NCBI GenBank assembly: GCA_963422375.2
Contig: CAXXKD010000001.1
Span: forward strand, 430,769 to 494,768
Length of the DNA stretch: 64,000 nt
Reading direction: 5' to 3'
Source of the DNA: Bryobacterales bacterium
Lineage (GTDB): Bacteria > Acidobacteriota > Terriglobia > Bryobacterales > UBA6623
Part shown: positions 40,375 to 50,046 of the stretch, one piece after another
How the letters are laid out: each line of letters opens with the position of its first letter
Position numbering within the stretch: position 1 is the first letter of the stretch
The notes under the pieces: generated by a model
Database searches by the model: none
What the model saw: the letters and a program-made list of their open reading frames with translations, nothing else
Told to the model about the DNA's origin: nothing
Made by a program: the position numbers and the translations under genes

Positions 40375-41193
40375 TCAGAACAGGTAGGAAGCCTGCTCCG
40401 CGATCCAGGCGTCGTATTCCTCTTGGCTGACGACGTGCAGGAAGCTGCGCATCTTGTAGTGGCCGAGGCCGCACAGTTCCGAGCAGACGATTTCGTACTT
40501 GCCTTCCTTATCCGGCTTGAACTCCAGCTTCCCGACCAGGCCGGGAACGGTGTCGAGCTTGATGCGCAGCTCGGGCACGAAGAAGTTGTGCAGCACGTCC
40601 TTCGACTTGAGCAGGACCTCGACGTCCATGTTGACCGGGACGCGCATCTCCGGGACCATGATGTCGTCCTTGCCGGCGGGCGCGCCGCGGTCGACGCCCA
40701 CGGGGTTGCCTGCGGCGTCGTCGATGAGGCTGATATCGGTCGGCCCGAACTCGTTGTCGGCGCCCGCGTAGCGCATGTTCCAGACGAACTGCTGGCCGGT
40801 GATTTCCACCACGATGCGGTTCTCGGGCTGCTTGCCGGCCTGCTGCCTCTGGTCGATGAAGCGTGTCTCGGCCCAGACCGTGTACCCGTATAACGTCAGT
40901 CCGAGGAAGATCGCCGCCGCCGCGACCGTCCAGAGCAGCTCCAGGCGGTTGTTGCCGTGCGTGTCCGAGGCCGGGCCCTCCGACTTGCGGCCGAAGCGCC
41001 AGACGGTGTACCCGAGCGCCGCCTGGGCGAGCAGGAAGATGATGCCCGTGAAAATCAGCGTGAAGTTGAAGGTGCTGTCGATCTCGCGCCCCAGAGCTGT
41101 GATCGGCTCCGGCATCCACCACGTCTGCGTGACGAAGGGGATCGATATCGCGAGAGTGATGGCCCAGACAGCAATTGCTAGCAGTAGACCCAT
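40375..41193 (-). CDS. ctaC: Cytochrome c oxidase subunit II
   Basis: Two TMs, DVLH, CuA motif CSELCGLGHYKM. Confidence 0.95.
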   Translation of the reverse strand: MGLLLAIAVWAITLAISIPFVTQTWWMPEPITALGREIDSTFNFTLIFTGIIFLLAQAALGYTVWRFGRKSEGPASDTHGNNRLELLWTVAAAAIFLGLTLYGYTVWAETRFIDQRQQAGKQPENRIVVEITGQQFVWNMRYAGADNEFGPTDISLIDDAAGNPVGVDRGAPAGKDDIMVPEMRVPVNMDVEVLLKSKDVLHNFFVPELRIKLDTVPGLVGKLEFKPDKEGKYEIVCSELCGLGHYKMRSFLHVVSQEEYDAWIAEQASYLF

Positions 41194-41324
41194 GGAAGGC
41201 TCGAACCTCGTTGGCGGATACGCGCGCGACTTCGAATCGCTGCGGGCCCCGGTACGCCGGGGGCTCGTCGAAAGAACCAGTGTAGCAACTCGCCGGCGAG
41301 CGTTCCGCGGGGCGGCCGGGACGC

Positions 41325-42509
41325 CTAGCGGGGCGCTGTTCCGGGCCGCGGAGGAGCGAGCCTGCTCAGTTCGTCCGCGAGCGCGTCCGGGCCTCTGGAG
41401 CGGTAGATCTCCGCTAGGCGGCGCTCCTCGGCCGACACCGGGATCGCCTCGAGCAGGCGCGACTGCTCGAGCGCCTCGCGGGCCGGCACCCAGACGCGGC
41501 CGTCCGCCATGTGGGCGCTGCGCAGGTAGGCGCTCATGGAGTCGATCTTCAGCGGTGCGCCGTCGCCGCTGCGACGGAGTTCGAAGCTCCCGTCGGATCG
41601 CGTCTCGAACCGCTCGCCGGGGCCCAGTCCGGGGCTTCCCTCGAGCGGCGCCGCTCCCACCGAGTAGACCCGCCCGTAGCGATCGCCCACCAGCCAGCCC
41701 AGCTCGAACTCGCGGACCGCCGCGCCCGCGCGATTCTGCAGCAGGATGCGCGGCGCGTCCGTGGCGGTCGCCGTCACTAGCGCCGTCCCGTGCTCCAGCA
41801 CCAGCGGCGCGTCCGCCTGCTGGACGAGGGCGAGCTGGATTCGCCGGGCCGTTCCGTTCGCTGCGGCCGTCGCCGGGCCGTCGCCGGCCAGGCGGACGTC
41901 GAGGCGCGGCCTGGCCGACTGCCGTCGCAGGCTGGCCTGCATGGCCTCGGCTAGAGCCTTCCGCCCGCCGGACTGCCAGCGGGCCAGGAAGTAGGCCCTG
42001 TCGCGACGGGCCTCCATCTCGCGGGCCTTCATCTTGGGCAGCGAGCCCAGCCGGTCCGGCCCGGCCGAGGCCAGGGTGTCGAAGAGCACGGCATCGGCCG
42101 CGACGCGCACGACCGGCCCCGGCGGTCTCGGCAGCGGCCGCAGCATGCGCAGGTGGAGGTGGATTTCGAACTCCTCGCCGCGCGGCACGTGCAGGCTGGG
42201 CGCGGCCACCCCGGCGCGCCCGCCGAGCATCCGCTCGTGCGCGTCGACCGCCAGGGTGACCGCCCGCACGGCGACGGGGCCCTCGTGCCGGAACCGGATC
42301 GAGCCCGCCAGCTCGATCACCAGCGCTCCGCCGCGCGGCTCGAACTCGCTTGCGGAGAAGTCGCTGGAAACCGCCCGCAGTGGCACGTCCTCGGGAACTT
42401 CGACCGCGACCTCAAGCTGCCGGTTCGCCTCGGACTGCGCCGGGGCGGCGTGGCAGGCGAGCAGCGCCGCCAGAGCGAGGCGGGGGGTGCTGCCGGCAGG
42501 GATTCTCAT
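41325..42509 (-). CDS. Secreted hypothetical protein
   Basis: Signal peptide; ATG overlaps the anti-sigma stop; host-like codon usage. Confidence 0.7.
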   Translation of the reverse strand: MRIPAGSTPRLALAALLACHAAPAQSEANRQLEVAVEVPEDVPLRAVSSDFSASEFEPRGGALVIELAGSIRFRHEGPVAVRAVTLAVDAHERMLGGRAGVAAPSLHVPRGEEFEIHLHLRMLRPLPRPPGPVVRVAADAVLFDTLASAGPDRLGSLPKMKAREMEARRDRAYFLARWQSGGRKALAEAMQASLRRQSARPRLDVRLAGDGPATAAANGTARRIQLALVQQADAPLVLEHGTALVTATATDAPRILLQNRAGAAVREFELGWLVGDRYGRVYSVGAAPLEGSPGLGPGERFETRSDGSFELRRSGDGAPLKIDSMSAYLRSAHMADGRVWVPAREALEQSRLLEAIPVSAEERRLAEIYRSRGPDALADELSRLAPPRPGTAPR

Positions 42510-43012
42510 GGCGCGTAATACTCGGTCACGGTCAGCGTCCCGGACGCCGCGTGGAAGGCGCGAACGCTGAGGCCGCCGCCGGCCGTGACTTGGGTCTCGG
42601 CCCCTCGGTACGCGAGAGGCAGCCGCGACGCGGGCGGTGGCGCGCCGGTACGGGCCGTCGCCGGAGGATCGGGATTCCCGCCGCGACCGAACAGGAAGAT
42701 CGCGAGCGCGACGGCTGCCAGGCCCGCCGCGGCCGCACCCTTCGGCAGCCAGCCCGAGCGCAGGGGCGTGCGCCGGGGCACTTGCTCGGCCTCGACCCGG
42801 GCTCGGTGGGCCAGCGCGCCGAAGTCCGGTTCCGCCACGGGCGGGCCGGGGCGGAGCTCGGCGCGGTCGCGGACGAAGGCGGCGAGCGACTCGCCGCATT
42901 GCGGGCACCTCTCGAGGTGCCTCGCGGCCAGCCAGCGCGCCCCGGCGCCTAGGTCGCCGCCGGCGAGCAGGCTGAGCGTGCGCTCGCTCGGATGCCGGCC
43001 GATGCCTCTCAC
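42506..43012 (-). CDS. Zinc-finger (HxxxCxxC) anti-sigma factor
   Basis: HLERCPQC, one TM, follows the ECF sigma. Confidence 0.82.
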   Translation of the reverse strand: MRGIGRHPSERTLSLLAGGDLGAGARWLAARHLERCPQCGESLAAFVRDRAELRPGPPVAEPDFGALAHRARVEAEQVPRRTPLRSGWLPKGAAAAGLAAVALAIFLFGRGGNPDPPATARTGAPPPASRLPLAYRGAETQVTAGGGLSVRAFHAASGTLTVTEYYAP

Positions 43013-43548
43013 AGCTCCCTGTCCTTCCGGTACTTGCGAAACTTAACACGCGCGTTCGCGATGTGCGACCTCACTGTCGCCGTGGAGCATCCCATCGCCT
43101 TGGCCACCTCGGCGGCCGGCATGTCCTCCACGTCGCGCAGCAGCAGCGCTGTTCGCTCCCGCCCCGACAGCAGCTCCAGGCCTCCCTCGAGCCACGAGCG
43201 GGTCTCGGCGCGCAACGCGCCCTGCTCCGGGCTCTCCGCCTGCGCGGCGGGGCCCGCCCCGATTTCCTCGAAGGCGACGCGGCCTCGCCTTCTGACGAAG
43301 TCGAGGGCGGTGTTGACGGCGATCCGGTTCAGCCACTGCGCGGCCTTGCGGTCGTCCTGCAGCTGCCCGCGGCGCCTGAGCGCCTTGACCAGCGCGTCCT
43401 GGGTCAGGTCCTGGGCGTCGGGCACGTTGCCGACAATGCGGTAGATGAGGCGGAACATGCGGCGCGCGTGCGTCTCGAGCGTTCCGTCGGCCGCCGACTC
43501 CGCCGCCGGTTCGCCGCCCGCCAGGCCGTCGCGCCGCTCAGGCGCCAT
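43009..43548 (-). CDS. ECF sigma-70 family RNA polymerase sigma factor
   Basis: DAQDLTQD, WLNRIAVNTALD, region 4 EVAKAMGCSTATVRSH; start uncertain (43548-43584). Confidence 0.9.
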   Translation of the reverse strand: MAPERRDGLAGGEPAAESAADGTLETHARRMFRLIYRIVGNVPDAQDLTQDALVKALRRRGQLQDDRKAAQWLNRIAVNTALDFVRRRGRVAFEEIGAGPAAQAESPEQGALRAETRSWLEGGLELLSGRERTALLLRDVEDMPAAEVAKAMGCSTATVRSHIANARVKFRKYRKDREL

Positions 43549-43693
43549 CGGGAATCCAGAGCATGGCATGGCCGGTGGATCCACGCTCGTTCCGCAGCCT
43601 CCACAGGTCTAGACGCAGCGGGCCCGCCTTCCGTGCAGGCTCGCGGGGCGCATTTCGCCTGGCGAGCTCGCTGATACACTCGGAATTCTGAGC

Positions 43694-44851
43694 ATGCAGG
43701 TTGCCTCGCGTATCCACCGCCTGATCGGGGAAGGGGCGTTCGAAGTCCTGGTCCGCGCCCGCGCCCTCGAGGCCCGGGGCAGGGACGTCGTCCACATGGA
43801 GATCGGCGAGCCCGACTTCCCGACGCCGCCGAACATCGTGGCCGCGGGCCGGAGGGCCTTGGCGGACGGCTACACCAAGTACGGCCCGACCCAAGGCGAC
43901 CCCGAGTTGCGGCAGGCGATCGCCGAATACGTCTCGTCGTCGCGCGGCATCGCCGTCGACGAGTCGCGCGTGGTCGTCACGCCCGGCGCGAAGCCGGTGC
44001 TGTTCTACTCGATGCTGGCGCTGCTCGAGCCCGGCGACGAGGTGCTGTACCCCAACCCGGGCTTCCCGATGTACGAGTCCGTGATCGGAGGCTGCGGAGC
44101 CAAGCCGGTTGCCGTGCCGCTGCTGGAGAGCCGCGGCTTCTCGATCGACCTGGACCGCTTCAAGGACTCCCTGTCGGACCGGACGCGCCTGATCGTCCTC
44201 AACACGCCGCAGAACCCGACGGGCGGCACGATCCCGCCCGAGGACCTGCGCGTGATCGCGGAACTCGTAGCGGACCGGGATCTCTTGGTCCTCTCGGACG
44301 AGATCTACAATCTCATCGCGTTCGACGAAAGGCCCACCTCGATCGCCTCGATCGACGGCATGGCGGACAAGACGATCATTCTCGACGGCTTCTCGAAGGC
44401 CTACTCGATGACCGGCTGGCGCATCGGCTACGGCGTGTTCCCGCAATGGATGGTCGACGCGATCTGCATGCTGCAGGTGAACTGCTCCTCGCACACGGCC
44501 AGCTTCACACAGCGGGCGGCCCTCGAGGCCCTGCGCGGGCCGCAGGACAGCGTGACCGCGATGGTCAACGAGTTCCGCCGCCGCAGGGACGTCATCGTCG
44601 CGCGCCTCAACGCGATTCCCGGCGTGCGCTGCGCCCGGCCCGGCGGGGCGTTCTACGCCTTCCCCAACATCTCCGGGACCGGTGTCGCTTCGGACGATCT
44701 CGCCGAGCGCATCCTGCAGGAGGCGGGCGTGGCCTGCCTCACGGGCACGTCCTTCGGCGCCTATGGCGAGGGTTACCTGCGCTTCAGCTACGCCGCCGCC
44801 TTGGATCGCATCGAGGAGGCCATGGAGCGGGTCCGCTCGCTGCTGAGCTAG
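43694..44851 (+). CDS. PLP-dependent aminotransferase class I/II
   Basis: IGEPDF, NPTG, SDEIY, GFSKAYSMTGWRIGY. Confidence 0.94.
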   Translation: MQVASRIHRLIGEGAFEVLVRARALEARGRDVVHMEIGEPDFPTPPNIVAAGRRALADGYTKYGPTQGDPELRQAIAEYVSSSRGIAVDESRVVVTPGAKPVLFYSMLALLEPGDEVLYPNPGFPMYESVIGGCGAKPVAVPLLESRGFSIDLDRFKDSLSDRTRLIVLNTPQNPTGGTIPPEDLRVIAELVADRDLLVLSDEIYNLIAFDERPTSIASIDGMADKTIILDGFSKAYSMTGWRIGYGVFPQWMVDAICMLQVNCSSHTASFTQRAALEALRGPQDSVTAMVNEFRRRRDVIVARLNAIPGVRCARPGGAFYAFPNISGTGVASDDLAERILQEAGVACLTGTSFGAYGEGYLRFSYAAALDRIEEAMERVRSLLS

Positions 44852-44920
44852 GCCGTCCCGCGGGTGTCCGCTCGCGCGGCCCGGCCGTCCCCCCGCCCGG
44901 TGATACGATGGGCGGCGCCG

Positions 44921-45649
44921 ATGGGACGGCGCCTCGCAACCGCTTGCGCCGTGACGCTGGCGCTGGCTCTCGCTGCCCTGGCCGCATCCGCCCAGTGGCG
45001 CGAGAGGCGCTGGCAGAGCGAGCGTGTCCGCATGGTCCGGGAGCAGATCGAAGCTAGGGGCGTCCGCGACCCGCGGGTCCTGGCGGCCATGCGCGAGGTC
45101 CCCCGGGAGCGCTTCGTGCCCGCGCGCGTCCGGTCGCTCGCCGCCTCGGACGCGCCCCTGCCGATCGGGTACGACCAGACCATCTCGCAGCCCTACATCG
45201 TCGCCTTCATGACCGAGCTGCTGGCGCTCGAGCGTTCTCACTCGGTGCTCGAGATCGGCACGGGATCCGGCTATCAGACGGCCGTGCTCGCCTCGCTCTG
45301 CGACCGCGTCTACAGCGTCGAGATCGTTCCCGACCTGGCCGACCGCGCTGCCGCGACGCTGCGGGAGCTCGGCTACGAAGACGCCCTTGTCACCCAGGGC
45401 GACGGGTACCTCGGCTGGCCCGAGCACGCCCCCTTCGACCGGATTATCGTGACGGCCGCCCCTCCCGAGCTGCCGCGGGCGCTGCTTGACCAGCTCGCGC
45501 CCGGGGGGCGCCTCGTCGCCCCGGTCGGGCCGACTTCCGAGAGCCAGGTGCTGATCCTCGCGACCAAGGACGCGGACGGGAGGATCCGCCGGCAGAAGCG
45601 CCTGGATGTCCGCTTCGTGCCGATGGTCCGGGCGGCGGCCGGCAACTAA
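44921..45649 (+). CDS. pcm: Protein-L-isoaspartate O-methyltransferase with N-terminal hydrophobic leader
   Basis: QTISQPY, VLEIGTGSGYQ, PFDRIIVTAA, VRFVPM. Confidence 0.93.
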   Translation: MGRRLATACAVTLALALAALAASAQWRERRWQSERVRMVREQIEARGVRDPRVLAAMREVPRERFVPARVRSLAASDAPLPIGYDQTISQPYIVAFMTELLALERSHSVLEIGTGSGYQTAVLASLCDRVYSVEIVPDLADRAAATLRELGYEDALVTQGDGYLGWPEHAPFDRIIVTAAPPELPRALLDQLAPGGRLVAPVGPTSESQVLILATKDADGRIRRQKRLDVRFVPMVRAAAGN

Positions 45650-45666
45650 GCGGCCGTCCCGCGAGT

Positions 45667-46599
45667 TCAGGCCGGGCCGCCGGGAGCGCGCGCCGGCGCT
45701 TGTGCGGTCACGGGTCGCGCCCGTCGCGCGGCGAGGGCGATGCCCAGCAGGACCGCTCCCAGCCCCGCCAGCAGCCGCGCGGGCACGGGCTCGCCGAAGT
45801 ACGCCGCGGCCGCGGCCACCCCGCTGACCGGCGTCAGGAACGAGAAGGCGATCACCGTGCCGGGTGTGTGCCTGCGCAGCAGGAAGAGCCAGGCCAGCTG
45901 GCCCGCGCCTCCCACCGCGATGCCTTGGAACACGAGGGCCGACCAGATCGTCCAGTCCGCCTCGGCGCGCGCGATGCCGCCGGGCATGCACGTCTCTGCC
46001 AGCGCGAACAGAGGCAGGGACCCAAGCAGCGGCCAGAACACCGCCCGGACGTAGTCGACCCGCGGCGCGAGCTGCCGGGCGTACACCATGCGCAGCGCGA
46101 GCAGGGTCGCCGCGACGAGGATCAGCGAGTTCCCCAGCAGCGGGTCGGGAGCCAGCGCGCTCTCCGTGCGCTCCAGGAAGACCCAGGCCACGCCGGCGAA
46201 CGCGGCAGCGAGTCCCAGCGACCGCCCGTGCGTCAGGCGGTCTTCCGGCACGAAGAACGACGACACCACGTTGGCGGTGATCGGGTAGGTGTTGAACAGG
46301 ATGGTCGCGAACACGGGCGAGGTGTAGTCCGAGCCGGTCTGATTGGCGCTGATCTGCAATGCGTAGACGAGGGTGAGCAGCGCCAGCGGCCCCAGCTCGC
46401 CGCGCTTCGGACGCAGGCGCTTGCCGCGGGCCAGGGAGAAGGCTCCGACGCTCGCGCCCGCGATCGCCACGCGGACGAAGGCTCCCTGCATTGGCGGCAG
46501 GGACTGCAGCACGACCTTGATCGCGACGGGATTCCCGCCGCGCACGGCCGCGGTCGCCGCGCAGATGAGGACCGAAGCGATGCCCAGCGGCTGCGACAT
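45667..46599 (-). CDS. DMT/EamA family transporter
   Basis: About ten hydrophobic segments in two repeats; FLTPV..V.....FGE. Confidence 0.85.
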   Translation of the reverse strand: MSQPLGIASVLICAATAAVRGGNPVAIKVVLQSLPPMQGAFVRVAIAGASVGAFSLARGKRLRPKRGELGPLALLTLVYALQISANQTGSDYTSPVFATILFNTYPITANVVSSFFVPEDRLTHGRSLGLAAAFAGVAWVFLERTESALAPDPLLGNSLILVAATLLALRMVYARQLAPRVDYVRAVFWPLLGSLPLFALAETCMPGGIARAEADWTIWSALVFQGIAVGGAGQLAWLFLLRRHTPGTVIAFSFLTPVSGVAAAAAYFGEPVPARLLAGLGAVLLGIALAARRARPVTAQAPARAPGGPA

Positions 46600-46715
46600 C
46601 CCGGCCTTCCGCGCGGGCTCGGCACCTCGGGCCCCGTCGCCGCGCGGCCCCCGCGCGACGGGACTCGGCGCGGCCCCGGCGGAAGCGCGAGCGGCCTCGG
46701 GCAGGCCCGGCTGGT

Positions 46716-47558
46716 TCAGGCGCGGGCCCACTGGGCCTGCAGGAAGCGCGTGCCCTCGAGAGCGATGTCGTCCATCGAGTCGGCGAGGTCTCTCCAGATC
46801 GCTGTCGCGGCCGACAGCTCGGGGATGTGCGAGTTGAACGACTCGATCGTCATCCAGCGGTCGTAGCCGATCTCCTTGATCGCGGCCATGACCCCGGGCC
46901 AGTCGATGTGGCCGCTGCCGGGCGTGCCGCGGTCGTTCTCGCAGGTGTGGACGTGCATGAGTTGCTGCCCGCAAGCGCGGTAGGCGTCGGCCACGTCCTT
47001 GTCCTCGATGTTCTGGTGGAAAGTGTCCAGCAGGATGCCGATGCGGTCGCTGCCGATCTCCTCGACGAAGCGCACGGCGTCCGCGGCCGTGTTGAGGAAG
47101 TAAGTCTCGAACCGGTTGAGCGGTTCCACCGCCATCGTGACGCCGGCGGCCGCCAGGTCGTCATGGAGCGCTTGGTGGCACTCGACGCCCCACTTCCATT
47201 CGTCCTCGGTCCGCCGCCGGCCCGGCAGGTAGCCCACCGGCGAGTGAGTGGGGCCGGCGATCTGCTCCGCGCCGGCCTCGGCAGCGGTGCGGATCACGGT
47301 CTTCCAGTGCTCGACGGTCTTCGAGCGAACGGAGGCGTCGTCGCTGATGGGGTTCATCCCGTCTGGGTTCACCGAGCAGAAATGCACGCTGAGGCCGTGG
47401 TCGCGGCAGGTCCGCCGCACGGCCGCGGTGTCGAGGCCCGAGGGGTCGAACACGGGAATCTCGATGCCGCTCACCCCGGCCTCCTTGAGCTCCGCGAGAG
47501 GGTACTTGTCCGGCTCGAACGCGCCGGACCAGATCAGGGTGTTGACTCCGAACTTCAT
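46716..47558 (-). CDS. Sugar phosphate isomerase/epimerase (D-psicose/D-tagatose 3-epimerase-like)
   Basis: EPLNRFE, DTFHQNIE, ENDRG.PG.G, TIESF. Confidence 0.9.
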   Translation of the reverse strand: MKFGVNTLIWSGAFEPDKYPLAELKEAGVSGIEIPVFDPSGLDTAAVRRTCRDHGLSVHFCSVNPDGMNPISDDASVRSKTVEHWKTVIRTAAEAGAEQIAGPTHSPVGYLPGRRRTEDEWKWGVECHQALHDDLAAAGVTMAVEPLNRFETYFLNTAADAVRFVEEIGSDRIGILLDTFHQNIEDKDVADAYRACGQQLMHVHTCENDRGTPGSGHIDWPGVMAAIKEIGYDRWMTIESFNSHIPELSAATAIWRDLADSMDDIALEGTRFLQAQWARA

Positions 47559-47591
47559 GGTGCCTCCGGTCCGCGCCGTCCGAACCCGCGA

Positions 47592-48149
47592 TTATCGCAG
47601 ACCGTGCTTGCCGTCGGAGACGGACCAGCTGTCCGACGAGACCACGCCGCTGTGCAGGCCCAGCGCCGTGAGCCCGCCGAAGAAGCGGGCGTGCTCGACC
47701 TTCATGCACTTGTCCATCACAACCTCCATGCCGGCCGCGATCGCCTGCCGGGCGGCCTCCTCGTGCACGATGCCGAACTGCATCCAGACCGCCTTGGCCC
47801 CGGCCGCGACGGACTGCTCGACGATGGCGGGGACGTGCCGCGGCGCCCGGAAGACGTCGACCACCTCCACGGGCCCTTCGATCGCCTGCAGCGACGGGTA
47901 GCAGCGCCGTCCGAGGATCGACTGCTCGCGCGGGTTGACCGGGAGGATGTCGTAGCCGCGGTTGGCGAGGTAGATGGCCACGAAGTGGCTCGGCCGCATG
48001 GGATTGGCCGACAGCCCGACCATCGCGACCCGCCGGTACCGCTGGAGGATGGCGAGTCGCCGCTGCGGGCCGGCCGAGAGCCCTTCCTCCGCCGTCGTGC
48101 GCCCGGTTGCGGTAGCCGGTCCGGGCAGGCTGCAGGCTCGTTGCGTCAA
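47592..48149 (-). CDS. CoA-binding protein (YccU-like)
   Basis: VAMVGLS..PMRPS, PVNP, VDVFR, VWMQ, VVMDKCMKVEH; start uncertain. Confidence 0.88.
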   Translation of the reverse strand: MTQRACSLPGPATATGRTTAEEGLSAGPQRRLAILQRYRRVAMVGLSANPMRPSHFVAIYLANRGYDILPVNPREQSILGRRCYPSLQAIEGPVEVVDVFRAPRHVPAIVEQSVAAGAKAVWMQFGIVHEEAARQAIAAGMEVVMDKCMKVEHARFFGGLTALGLHSGVVSSDSWSVSDGKHGLR

Positions 48150-48285
48150 GTCCCGGCCCCGCGCGCCGCCTCGGGCGCTTCGCCGCGGGAGATCAAGATT
48201 CTACCACCGGCGTTCCGTGACAGGGGGCCGTCGAGCGCGCCTCCTGGCGCGCGACGGCGGCGCATGTGTACCCTTGCGGCTAGCC

Positions 48286-48966
48286 ATGCGACCGTCCGTC
48301 AATTTCTCTCCCCTGACGCCGCTCTCCTTCCTCGATCGCAGCGCGCTCGTATACCCCGACAAGCCGGCCGTGATCCACGGCGAGGTCATCTACACCTACT
48401 CCGAATTCGACCGGCGCGCCCGGCGTCTGGGCGCCGCGCTGCAGGCACTGGGAATCCGTCCCGGCGACCGCGTGGCGATCCTCGCGCCCAACGTCCCGGC
48501 CATGCTGGAGGCCAAGTTCGGCCCGATGCGCGTCGGGGCGATTCTGGTGCCCCTCAACACGCGCTTGAAGCCGCCCGAGATCGCGTACATCCTCAATCAC
48601 TCGGGGGCGAAGGTCCTGATCTTCGACTCGGAGCTTGCCGAAACCGTGCGCGGCCTGCGGAATAAGGTGCTCGGGGTCGAGAACTACGTCCAGGTCGTGG
48701 ACGCGGCACCTCGTGCAGACGACATTTCCGGCCCGGAATACGAGGAGTTCCTGGACGCGGCGCCGGCCCAGCCCGACGAGTTCGCGCTTGCCGACGAGCG
48801 CGACGCGATCTGCATCAACTACACGTCCGGCACGACGGGCTTTCCCAAGGGCGTTGTCTTCCACGCCCGCGGCGCTTGGATCAACGCGATCGGCGAGGCG
48901 CTCGAGACCGGCTTGAACTGGGGTTCCGTGTATCTGTGGACGCTCCCGCTGTTCCACTGCAACGGC
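48286..48966 (+). pseudogene. Acyl-CoA synthetase 5' half, truncated at the prophage junction
   Basis: PLTPLSFLDRS, NYTSGTTGFPKGV, TLPLFHCNG, then homology lost where W is expected; read-through stops at 49023. Confidence 0.88.
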
Positions 48967-49094
48967 GACCGCCGCTCCGGCCGTCGGCCCTCCGCCGCCG
49001 GTACCGACGGACAAATCCAGTAACCACAACGGTTTGCGGCAGGACGCCGCTGCGCGCGGGACGCGAGGGGAAAGCGCTGTTCGCGGCGCATTCC

Positions 49095-49141
49095 GTCCAC
49101 AGAGCGTCCACGCGAGCGGATTCTGTCCACGTTCCGTCCAC
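49095..49141 (+). promoter_or_regulatory. Four GTCCAC direct repeats, candidate integrase arm-type sites
   Basis: GTCCAC at 49095, 49106, 49125 and 49136 (two pairs, 11-bp spacing); role inferred. Confidence 0.5.
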
Positions 49142-49626
49142 GCCCCCGGGGCCGCGGACGGCCAGTAGATTTCCTCGCCCGCGAGGGCGAGCGGCTCCAA
49201 GCGGGCAGCCGCCGGCTATCGCGCCGGGCAAGCAGCGGGACGGCCGGGGATCTGTCGTGGGTCGCCTTCCCGAAGCGGAGAGAAAACCGCGGAAACCGCA
49301 GCTTGCAAGCCCCCTGCAGGGTCGTCAGGGCCGGTGACCCGGCCCCTTCCGCGGCGCAATCGCCGGGAGCGGAAGGGGCCGGGCCGCTAATCCGGGCTGC
49401 AGGCAAGAGGTACAGGCTCCGCGCCGCCGAAGATCCGAGGCGCGGGAGCGAAGCGACGCCCGGCTCCACGCCGAGTTCTGCTTCGCAGGGGGGGCGCGCT
49501 TAGGCCAAGCCCCCCCTGCGCTTCGCTCCACCCTCACCATCCAAGTTAGAGGGCCTCGGGGCGCGAAGGGGAGGCGCAGGGAGCCGGGAGACAGGGAGCG
49601 GGCGAGGCGAGAGGCGGCCGGATCGG

Positions 49627-49662
49627 GGACCCGGGGGAGGACCCGGGGGAGGACCCGGGAGA
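49627..49662 (+). repeat. 12-bp tandem repeat x3 (GGACCCGGGGGA)
   Basis: Direct reading; one mismatch in the third copy. Confidence 0.85.
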
Positions 49663-49720
49663 GGCGGATCCGGGCGAGATTGCCGCGATCCCTTAACGGG
49701 TTCGAAGCGCGAGCGGCCTC

Positions 49721-49852
49721 TCGCGGCTCGCGGCGGCACGGATACGATCCGCAACGGGGCTCGCGGCTCGCGGCGGCACGGATACGATCCGCAACGGGGC
49801 TCGCGGCTCGCGGCGGCACGGATACGATCCGCAACGGGGCTCGCGGCTCGCG
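49721..49852 (+). repeat. 40-bp perfect tandem repeat x3.3
   Basis: TCGCGGCTCGCGGCGGCACGGATACGATCCGCAACGGGGC at 49721, 49761 and 49801, plus a 12-bp partial copy. Confidence 0.96.
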
Positions 49853-50046
49853 TGCCGGTCCGATGGTGTACCATGGATTCAGCCGCCCTTCGCAGGCGGC
49901 GGCCCGACTCCTGGCGGGCCGGACGGTCCGACCGTCCAAAAACAACCGTAGCCGGGAACGCCGCGCCCCCCGTGCGCCTTCCCTCGGCGCCCGGCCGGGC
50001 GCGAGCCGACCCGGCCCTGCTGCGCCGCGGCCGACCATGCCGAGGG

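Noticed and set aside
49721..49852. CRISPR array
   Set aside because: Units are contiguous and identical with no unique spacers, and there are no cas genes beside them
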